A stretch of 64,000 bases of DNA from Thaumasiovibrio occultus. GTDB taxonomy: Bacteria > Pseudomonadota > Gammaproteobacteria > Enterobacterales > Vibrionaceae. The stretch spans positions 46,995-110,994 of the forward strand of contig AP023053.1 of the NCBI GenBank assembly GCA_019703815.1, given 5' to 3'. Below, in pieces: positions 29,896 through 37,412 of this stretch. Each line of letters opens with the position of its first letter. The first letter of the stretch is position 1. The position numbers and the translations under genes were made by a program. Below the pieces are notes generated by a model that was not told the origin of the DNA, made no database searches, and worked only from the letters and a program-made list of their open reading frames with translations.

Positions 29896-30693
29896 TTAAA
29901 ATACGCACGGGCTACTGCCATGGAAAGCTTGGCCTGTGGCGGGGTGAGTAAACTGGATCTCGCTGGCATGAAGCATCAGATGTTGCGCGTTACATTGAGC
30001 GGCGAGGTTGATAGATTCGGCCGTGTTATAAAGATCGCAACCTAAAATGGGGTGGCCAAATTCCAAGCTATGAATCCGCAGTTGATGGGTACGACCGGTT
30101 ATTGGGGTGTATTGCACCAATGTTCTTTTAGGGTTATCCAAACGGCGTATCACTTGGTAATGACTGACCGCATTTTTCCCTTCGGTGTGGCAAATTTTCA
30201 CACGGGGAAAGAGCGCTTTATCTTTCGCAATGGGAGCAGAGATCTGGCCGCTGTCTGCTTCAACCCAGCCAGCAAGCATAGCGAGATAACGCTTTTGCAC
30301 CGTTCGGGCTTGAAACTGCTTATTGAGGCTTGTCGATGCCGCGCTGTTGAGCGCCACCACCATAATGCCGGACGTCCATAGATCTAATCGATGCGGCAAT
30401 TTGGCATTCTCAAAGGCTCCAGTTGCTTCTTTATTTTCAGCTGCTTCGTTCGTTTCGTTTGTCGAAACGCTATTTGGCGAATCTGCGCGACCTGTTGCGT
30501 TCGTACATTGGCCGCGCACCAGACGGTAATGAACGGAATCCCAATTGAGTGGGTTTTTACCCGATAGGCTGAGCAAACCGCTCGGTTTATTGATCAGCAA
30601 GATATCGTCATCTTGATACAGGATCTCGACCTCTGCCAGACACTCAGGTGCGACAAAATTATCAACGATTTCACTAGAAACTGAGTTAGACAT
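29896..30693 (-). CDS. RluA-family pseudouridine synthase with an internal low-complexity insertion
   Basis: ILYQDDDILLINKPSGLLS...HRLDLWTSGIMVVA (catalytic Asp in HRLD). QLRIH and HA motifs. About 45 aa Ser/Thr/Asn/Glu-rich insert before HRLD. Longer ORF to 30798 possible. Confidence 0.75.
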   Translation of the reverse strand: MSNSVSSEIVDNFVAPECLAEVEILYQDDDILLINKPSGLLSLSGKNPLNWDSVHYRLVRGQCTNATGRADSPNSVSTNETNEAAENKEATGAFENAKLPHRLDLWTSGIMVVALNSAASTSLNKQFQARTVQKRYLAMLAGWVEADSGQISAPIAKDKALFPRVKICHTEGKNAVSHYQVIRRLDNPKRTLVQYTPITGRTHQLRIHSLEFGHPILGCDLYNTAESINLAAQCNAQHLMLHASEIQFTHPATGQAFHGSSPCVF

Positions 30694-30821
30694 AAAAAGT
30701 GCTTGATGGAAAAAGATCAGATGGAATACAGAGGGCCGAATTATAATGCTGCCGGCACCGCGAGCTAGCACTTTTTTATCAATACTCGGATTGGTCATCG
30801 CAGAGCATGTCGGTATGTTTT

Positions 30822-30870
30822 GCTTCCTGCTTCCTGCTTCCTGCTTCCTGCTTCCTGCTTCCTGCTTCCT
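30822..30870. repeat. heptanucleotide tandem repeat (GCTTCCT)x7
   Basis: Seven perfect contiguous copies, seen directly. Lies in the leader/promoter region of the RluA-like gene. Confidence 0.95.
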
Positions 30871-31052
30871 TAACCCATTTTATTTCGTTCTACATCGCTA
30901 CTCACTTTGATTGTCTGGATAAGTGTGTATCTATATGGATAGCTTGTTTGTGTTTCAGGTTTTCAGGCCACAACCTGTGATAAAAGCATCTGAGTTTTTA
31001 ATTCATTTAAAATCAACTACATAAAAAATATTTCTCCTCACTTAGCACAGGT

Positions 31053-31068
31053 TGGCACGCGACTTGGA
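31053..31068 (+). promoter_or_regulatory. candidate sigma-54 (-24/-12) promoter
   Basis: TGGCACG-CGAC-TTGGA: perfect -24 element and spacing, -12 element with TTGG instead of TTGC. Sits about 130 nt upstream of the tRNA-like element on the rtcBA strand. RtcR is a sigma54 activator. Confidence 0.45.
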
Positions 31069-31186
31069 ATAACTCAGTCGTGATTGATGGTGACTCTGGG
31101 TTCACCACGGTGCGCTAAGCGATGCGACTGCGTATGCCGTCTGTCACACGGTAAAGCCCTTTCACGGCTTGGGTTCAACTCCCAAA

Positions 31187-31259
31187 CATAAGATAGCTCA
31201 ATAGGTAGAGCGCCAAACGGCAACGTTGGATGTCGCGGGTTCGATTCCCGCTCTTAATG
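31187..31259 (+). ncRNA. tRNA-like element (degenerate tRNA or Y-RNA/YrlA-like RNA)
   Basis: Perfect D-arm GCTC-AATAGGTA-GAGC. Perfect T-arm GCGGG-TTCGATT-CCCGC. 5-nt variable loop ATGTC. Anticodon arm with 4 bp plus mismatch and loop CGGCAAC (G at position 33). Acceptor stem pairs only 5 of 7. No CCA. Confidence 0.5.
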
Positions 31260-31421
31260 ACCATATATGTGCAACACGCCAACAACGTGAGTTGCCAATG
31301 GATGAACAGCGCCCCTGATTTAGGGGAAGTGGCAAGCATACGCTCCCTGCTTCCTACACCTTAGACGGCCCTGCTCACTACGCAATTTTACTTTGTTGGT
31401 TATCAACACGAGGAAGTGACG

Positions 31422-32579
31422 ATGAAAAAATATCAAAAAAATATCACGGTAACGGAAGGCCAACGCGCGTTGCTATTTAAAAACGAACAATTTCAAACAG
31501 TGTTGCCAGTCGGGCAGCACAAATTTTGGGACTTTTCCGATAAGGTGCGGTTTAAGCTGATCAGCCTCAATACGGTTTTTGTGACCGATGCAGATGTGAT
31601 CCGCTTATACCGCGAAGGGGCACTGCAAGACGACATCTTGCACTGGAAACTGTCGCCAACCGAAACCGGTTTGCTCTATTTCAACGATGTGTTGCTGGGG
31701 ATTGTCGCGCCGAACGAGCACGTTTATGTCTGGCAAGCGGCGGGGGAATATCGCTTAGAAAAAGTCGACTTAGAGAGTGATGTTGAAGTAAAAGGCGCAA
31801 TGCTGCGCGATATTGAACGCTCGAATAAGAACACCGCGAGCAAGTTGATCCACAGTGCCAGCACTCATGCGATCCAACCGGTGAAATCTATCCGTGTGGA
31901 TAAACAACAAGTAGCGTTGCTGTTCTTTAACGGTCGTTATCAAACCGCATTGCAACCGGGCAATTACGGTTACTGGCAGTTTATGCACGATATTGATGTC
32001 CGCCAATACGATTTGCGTACTCGGACGTTTGAGGTCACCGGCCAAGAGATCTTAAGCAAAGATCGGGTGAGCCTGCGGATCAACCTGAGCGCTAACATTC
32101 GCATTAGCGATCCCATGTTGGCTGCGACCACGGTGGAGAGTGTGGATGATTTCATCTACCAGCGTTTGCAGCTGGCTTTGCGTGAAGCGGTCGGCACCAA
32201 AACCTTGGATGATATCTTGCAAGACAAGCTCTACATCAACCACACCGTGCGCGAGTTGGTAGCGGAGCAGTTGGCACGTGTTGGCGTGGTGCTAGAAAGT
32301 GTCGGGGTGAAAGACATCATCTTGCCGGGCGAAATGAAAGCGATTTTGAATCAGGTGGTGGAAGCGCAGAAAGCCGCAGAAGCGAACGTGATCAAGCGCC
32401 GTGAAGAAACCGCTGCCACCCGCAGCTTGCACAATACCGCCAAAGTGATGGAGAACAACCCGACGCTAATGCGCTTGAAAGAGTTGGAAGCGCTAGAGAA
32501 GGTGTCGGAGAAGATCAGCAACTTGACGGTGTATGGCGGCTTGGAAGGCTTGATGCAAGGTGTGGTAAAGCTGACTTAA
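31422..32579 (+). CDS. cytosolic SPFH/band-7 (stomatin/slipin-like) domain protein
   Basis: C-terminal two thirds match SPFH core and coiled-coil (ILPGEMKAILNQVVEAQKAAEANVIKRREETAA). No TM segment. N-terminal beta-rich domain of about 150 aa. GAGGAAG SD. Confidence 0.75.
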   Translation: MKKYQKNITVTEGQRALLFKNEQFQTVLPVGQHKFWDFSDKVRFKLISLNTVFVTDADVIRLYREGALQDDILHWKLSPTETGLLYFNDVLLGIVAPNEHVYVWQAAGEYRLEKVDLESDVEVKGAMLRDIERSNKNTASKLIHSASTHAIQPVKSIRVDKQQVALLFFNGRYQTALQPGNYGYWQFMHDIDVRQYDLRTRTFEVTGQEILSKDRVSLRINLSANIRISDPMLAATTVESVDDFIYQRLQLALREAVGTKTLDDILQDKLYINHTVRELVAEQLARVGVVLESVGVKDIILPGEMKAILNQVVEAQKAAEANVIKRREETAATRSLHNTAKVMENNPTLMRLKELEALEKVSEKISNLTVYGGLEGLMQGVVKLT

Positions 32580-32733
32580 TCGGTCTAAAAACCTAGCGGT
32601 AATAAACCTAGCGGTAAGAAACGCAGAGCAAATAAACCGAAAGCAAATCAACTTGAAGCAAGAGAGCCGCCTGGTAGGTTTAGGCGAGGCGGCTCAGCTA
32701 TCCAAAATAGAATCAAAAATGAAGGAGCATAGT

Positions 32734-33960
32734 ATGTGTCAGAAATTTAATCTTTATGAATCAGAAGGCAAGGCCGCCATCAAAGCATGGACCCAAGGGG
32801 TGCCTTTTGAAGACGAGGCGCGTGCCCAGCTTGATAACATTGCCGCGATGCCAATTATTCACTCCCATATTGCGGTGATGCCGGATGTGCATTTAGGCAA
32901 AGGGGCGACGATTGGTAGCGTTATTCCATCGGTGGATGCGGTGATCCCCGCTGCTGTCGGGGTCGATATTGGTTGCGGTATGGTAGCGGCGAAAACCAGC
33001 CTGCGCGCGAAAGATCTGCCGGATAACTTGCGCGGTGTGCGCTCGGCGTTTGAAGCGGCGGTGCCGCACGGACGAACGGTGTCGCGCCACCACAAGCGTG
33101 ATAAAGGCGCGTGGGGAAATATTCCCGCGTTAGTGGCGCAGGAGTGGCTAACACTGCAAGCGCGTTTTGAACGCATTTGTGAAAAACACCCAACGATCAA
33201 AAAGTCCAACAACGTCAACCATTTGGGTACCATGGGAACCGGCAACCATTTTCTTGAGCTGTGTATTGATGAGAACGATGCAGTGTGGATCATGCTTCAT
33301 TCCGGTAGCCGCGGCGTGGGGAATTTGATTGGCACCTACTTTATAGAGCTGGCCAAAAAAGAGATGGAGCGTCATCAAATTCAGTTACCGGATGTGAATT
33401 TGGCCTACCTAAAAGAAGGTAGCGAGTATTTTGATGACTACGTTGAAGCGGTGGAGTGGGCGCAAGATTTTGCCCGTAAAAACCGCGAGATCATGATGCT
33501 TAATGCGATTGCCGCGCTGCGTACTGCGCTTGGGGTGAATTTCAGTGCCAGCGAAATGGCGGTGAACTGCCACCATAACTACATTTCCCGCGAGCATCAC
33601 TTTGGTAAGGACTGTTATGTCACCCGTAAAGGGGCGGTGCGCGCGCAGCAGGGTGAGATGGGGATCATTCCAAGCAACATGGGAGAGCGTTCGTTTATCG
33701 TGCGTGGCTTGGGAAATCCTGACAGCTTTAACAGTTGCAGCCACGGTGCGGGGCGTGTGATGTCGCGAACCAAAGCCAAAAAGGTCTACACCATCAAAGA
33801 TCAAGAAGCGATGACCCAAGGGGTCGAGTGCCGCAAAGACAAAGAGGTGATTGATGAGATCCCTGCGGCATACAAAAACATCGACGATGTGATGGCGGCG
33901 CAAAGCGATTTAGTGGAAGTGGTGCATACCCTAAAACAAGTGGTGTGTGTGAAAGGCTAA
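32734..33960 (+). CDS. rtcB: RNA-splicing ligase RtcB
   Basis: AAGGAG SD before ATG 32734. Near-identical blocks to RtcB (HIAVMPDVHLGKG, GTGNHFLE, HSGSRG, CHHNY, SHGAGR). Confidence 0.9.
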   Translation: MCQKFNLYESEGKAAIKAWTQGVPFEDEARAQLDNIAAMPIIHSHIAVMPDVHLGKGATIGSVIPSVDAVIPAAVGVDIGCGMVAAKTSLRAKDLPDNLRGVRSAFEAAVPHGRTVSRHHKRDKGAWGNIPALVAQEWLTLQARFERICEKHPTIKKSNNVNHLGTMGTGNHFLELCIDENDAVWIMLHSGSRGVGNLIGTYFIELAKKEMERHQIQLPDVNLAYLKEGSEYFDDYVEAVEWAQDFARKNREIMMLNAIAALRTALGVNFSASEMAVNCHHNYISREHHFGKDCYVTRKGAVRAQQGEMGIIPSNMGERSFIVRGLGNPDSFNSCSHGAGRVMSRTKAKKVYTIKDQEAMTQGVECRKDKEVIDEIPAAYKNIDDVMAAQSDLVEVVHTLKQVVCVKG

Positions 33961-34034
33961 AACAAAACAGCCAGACGCAAAAAAACAGTTACCAAAAGCC
34001 AGATATAAAAAAACAGCGAATAGGAAAGCAACGG

Positions 34035-35093
34035 ATGCGATATATCCAAATCGACGGCAGCATGGGCGAAGGCGGCGGGCAGGTACTGCGTACGTCGTTA
34101 ACGTTATCGATGCTGTATCAAATGCCGATTGAAATTAGCAATATCCGCGCAGGACGCAATAAGCCGGGCCTGCTGCGCCAGCACTTAACGTGCGTGTTGG
34201 CGGCGGCAGAGATTTCATCTGCGCAGGTGGAAGGCGCCGAGCTTGGCGCTACTCGGTTAAGGTTTGCGCCGGGCAGCGTCAAAGCGGGGGAGTATCACTT
34301 TGCGGTGGGCTCGGCAGGCAGCACCGCATTGGTATGCCAAACGGTTTTACTGCCATTAGCGCTTACCGGGCAAGGTTCGCGCGTAATCTTCGAAGGTGGC
34401 ACCCACAATATGGCAGCCCCTTCGTTAACCTTTTTAACACAGAGCTTTCTGCCGCTACTGGCACAGCAAGGGTTGAACACTAAGGTCACGCTTGATCGGG
34501 TGGGGTTTTACCCAGCGGGTGGCGGGCGTTGGCAGTTAGATATCGATGGTGTCGCATCACTCGCGCCGCTGCGTGTTGCGCCTGAGAAAGAAACCGAAAA
34601 TTCTACGCTGACGGCTGTTGCGATGATCAGCAAGTTGGCAAACAAGATAGGTGAGCGGGAAATTACTCAGCTAGAGAAATCCCTGCGCCGCTCCCCGCTT
34701 GGTGATGTGAACGTTAGCGGACGGGTTGAGTCCGTTGAGTCTATCGGGCCGGGTAACATGTTATTGCTGACAGCAAAGAGCTACCACCATGCGCATGTCT
34801 TTGAAATGGCGGGAAGTTACGGCGTAAAAGCGGAAGCAGTTGCCAAGCGAGTTGCGGGGCGTTATTGCGAGTTTTATGAAGCAGAGGCAGAGGTTGAACA
34901 TTACTTGGCCGATCAACTATTGCTGCCTTTGCTGGTGGGCGGCGCTGGCGCGTTTATCACTTCTGTGCCGAGTGGCCATTTGCAAACCAATGTGGCGCTC
35001 ATTCGCCAACTGACCGGAAAACCGCTGACACTAACACCACATGGTGAAAGCCGCTTCGGCGCACCACGCTGGCAGGTGGCGCTCAGTCGTTAG
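34035..35093 (+). CDS. rtcA: RNA 3'-terminal phosphate cyclase RtcA
   Basis: IDGSMGEGGGQVLRTSLTLS and IRAGRNKPGLLRQHL blocks. Catalytic His region. AGGAAA SD. Confidence 0.85.
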   Translation: MRYIQIDGSMGEGGGQVLRTSLTLSMLYQMPIEISNIRAGRNKPGLLRQHLTCVLAAAEISSAQVEGAELGATRLRFAPGSVKAGEYHFAVGSAGSTALVCQTVLLPLALTGQGSRVIFEGGTHNMAAPSLTFLTQSFLPLLAQQGLNTKVTLDRVGFYPAGGGRWQLDIDGVASLAPLRVAPEKETENSTLTAVAMISKLANKIGEREITQLEKSLRRSPLGDVNVSGRVESVESIGPGNMLLLTAKSYHHAHVFEMAGSYGVKAEAVAKRVAGRYCEFYEAEAEVEHYLADQLLLPLLVGGAGAFITSVPSGHLQTNVALIRQLTGKPLTLTPHGESRFGAPRWQVALSR

Positions 35094-35164
35094 CACTCAA
35101 CACTGGGAGCGCTGCAATTGGCCGGTGGTAATTGGCATCTGATAACTTGCCCGAGTTAACTAGA

Positions 35165-35213
35165 CTGTTGTCTGTTGTCTGTTGTCTGTTGTCTGTTGTC
35201 TGTTGTCTGTTGC
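35165..35213. repeat. heptanucleotide tandem repeat (CTGTTGT)x6 plus one imperfect copy
   Basis: Seen directly. Located 70 nt downstream of the rtcA stop. Confidence 0.95.
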
Positions 35214-35385
35214 TTTGGCGAATATTGCGTGCCGTTGATATCTTGGTGGTTGTCGCTTTCTCATAGAGTGAGAAATCCTCCGTCCGCTTTATGATCAAGA
35301 TGATATTCCTTTGCTTTATTGATGTTTAGCTAAAATAGGCTTTCGTAGAATACAGCCAGTTTTTCTATGGAAGTGATGTATATCT

Positions 35386-35991
35386 ATGAAACAAAAAAGC
35401 ATTTTGATCGAATGTGCGGTCATCGTGGCGTTTTTTTGGGGATTGAGTAAGCTGTTACCGGTTGGCCTGTGGTTTGGCGGGATCGTGCTAATGTCTTTAG
35501 TGTTTAGCTGGTGGAGTTGCGGCGCGGTAGGCTTTTTAGCGTGGCGTCGCGAGTTCTCCCCGCTCAAAACCTACCTTTTCCTCGCTGTCGATATGGCGAT
35601 CAGCTCAGTGTTACTGTTGATCGCACTACCACTGTTCAAACTGGCATTGGGCGATCTTGGCTTGTCTGGCAGTTTTTTCCATGTGGCGATCTGCTTGAGC
35701 TGTTTTTGGTTTGGCCACAAAGCGCTACCTTTTACCTTATCTAACCTTGATAAGCTACCCGCCGAAACTCACGCTCGTCTGCATAAGGCTTCAAGTCTCG
35801 TCGGACGTTTGCTTACCTTTTGCATCGTCGCGGCACTGGTGGCGGCAATGGCATTTCTGACTTATCAGCAAGACGGGGTAGTGGCGCGTTATTTGGCGGG
35901 GCTTGTTTGCGTTGCGCTGTTTAGCATTGGTTACTTTTTCCTGCACTATTTTTCCGTTTACCGAGAAGCGATGGGCTATTCGCAGTCATAA
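35386..35991 (+). CDS. hypothetical polytopic inner-membrane protein
   Basis: 201 aa, 5-6 hydrophobic helices. Confidence 0.55.
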   Translation: MKQKSILIECAVIVAFFWGLSKLLPVGLWFGGIVLMSLVFSWWSCGAVGFLAWRREFSPLKTYLFLAVDMAISSVLLLIALPLFKLALGDLGLSGSFFHVAICLSCFWFGHKALPFTLSNLDKLPAETHARLHKASSLVGRLLTFCIVAALVAAMAFLTYQQDGVVARYLAGLVCVALFSIGYFFLHYFSVYREAMGYSQS

Positions 35992-36336
35992 GTGAATTTA
36001 GGGAGGGCATCGACGTTTGCGAGATGCCCAACCAACCCCTCACACCAAAGTGAGACAAGTTTGTTTCGCATCATCAATTATTCCTCGCGGTACTGACAAG
36101 TTCTCCGTACCGAAATACCTTGAGGTTACTCGGTGATATTCCTCTGTCATTCCACTTACCCCACCTTTTTATTTGCCCATCGCTGCAATTAAGCCGTTAT
36201 CTTTCTGAGTGAATAATTCCCTTTTTAGAATATTCATGAAGTCCATTAGCACCATAGGGACTATAAACAATCTTCGTTGTGCGCTATTTCTCGTTAAACG
36301 AATGCGTCGTTTATTTCGTGGTACGGTTTCTATATA

Positions 36337-36726
36337 TTGGCGTTAATCGAACAAGGCCAAGGAGATAAGGTGTCGATTGAACAAATAGAGGTAATTGACG
36401 CCATCGGCATTGATAATTCAACAGGTCATGTTGTGCTATCGATCATTGATTCACTGCCGTGGGATAACGCGCACTTATTGCGATTGCAAGATAAGCTCAA
36501 TACCTATCTTGGCTTTATTGAAAGCGGAGAATTAGAAGTGGCTTATCCCGCCACGAAAGGACGCCAAGTGCAAATACATCTGCATAGTCGATATTGCCCA
36601 GATGAAGACGCCATTAGTTTTCTAGAGCAGATCACTAGGTTAATCAGCAGCGCGGGAGTTGTGTTTACTCATGATGCCGTGTCTGAAACCGGAAAACTGC
36701 CAACTAGTACTGTTGCTACACGTTAG
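36337..36726 (+). CDS. hypothetical protein (AT-rich islet)
   Basis: 129 aa ORF with AAGGAG SD. Low GC relative to flanks. Confidence 0.45.
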   Translation: MALIEQGQGDKVSIEQIEVIDAIGIDNSTGHVVLSIIDSLPWDNAHLLRLQDKLNTYLGFIESGELEVAYPATKGRQVQIHLHSRYCPDEDAISFLEQITRLISSAGVVFTHDAVSETGKLPTSTVATR

Positions 36727-36736
36727 GGGGGCTTTG

Positions 36737-37249
36737 ATGTATCTAGAAGTGCACTCAGCGAGGGACGTTGCATTAGATTCACTGAAATTTAGGTTGTTTA
36801 TTTCTTCATTTGTCGGTTTTACATTGTTCGTGTTCACTTACTATAAATACGCTGTGGGATTAACTGAAGGCGAATTATTCCATATGCGAATTCTTTGGAC
36901 TGTCTGTTCGTTGAGTTTTTTGATTTATATGTTTAACGCTTTTAAATTTCTAACGTCGGCTATAAAGGAAGGCGGCGATTGGATATTTGAAGTTAGTAAC
37001 GGTGTTGTGAAAATTGATGTCCCTTTGCCTGGTCATAATGAAAACCTGAGAATTCCCGTGGAGAATATTTCATGCATGCGTAAGGTTGTGATTGAAATTG
37101 ATAGCACGGATCATAAGTATTGGTATATTGGTTGTGTCGATGGCAAGGACATTGATATTAATTATCAGCAGGTTCCATTCGACTATCGTGCTATTTCTGA
37201 GTATTTACTAGCTAATTATGGTGTTGAGTGTCAAACCGAGAATCGATAG
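36737..37249 (+). CDS. hypothetical membrane-anchored protein (AT-rich islet)
   Basis: Start 11 nt after previous stop. Two N-terminal TM helices then a soluble domain. Confidence 0.45.
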   Translation: MYLEVHSARDVALDSLKFRLFISSFVGFTLFVFTYYKYAVGLTEGELFHMRILWTVCSLSFLIYMFNAFKFLTSAIKEGGDWIFEVSNGVVKIDVPLPGHNENLRIPVENISCMRKVVIEIDSTDHKYWYIGCVDGKDIDINYQQVPFDYRAISEYLLANYGVECQTENR

Positions 37250-37412
37250 TTTTCTGCGCGCTCTACTTCTTGCTATGTTATTTCATTATGTTTATTGAGG
37301 CACTCCAATATTTATTCATGAATGTACTAAAGAAAAGCAGGCTGTGGTGTGACGATTGCCTCTTAAATCAAAAAAGCGTTGGCAGAAAACGCAGTGCTTC
37401 AAGGACGCAATT

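Noticed and set aside
29896-30798. Prophage/integrative island delimited by tRNA-like element (tRNA as att site)
   Set aside because: No integrase, excisionase or direct repeat of the tRNA 3' end was found on either side. Both ends of the tRNA-like acceptor stem are degenerate rather than only the 3' end.
31187-31259. Canonical tRNA-Cys(GCA) gene
   Set aside because: Acceptor stem pairs only 5 of 7, no encoded CCA, G at invariant position 33 and a mismatch closing the anticodon stem. It does not resemble Vibrio/E. coli tRNA-Cys sequence. It is kept only as a tRNA-like ncRNA candidate.
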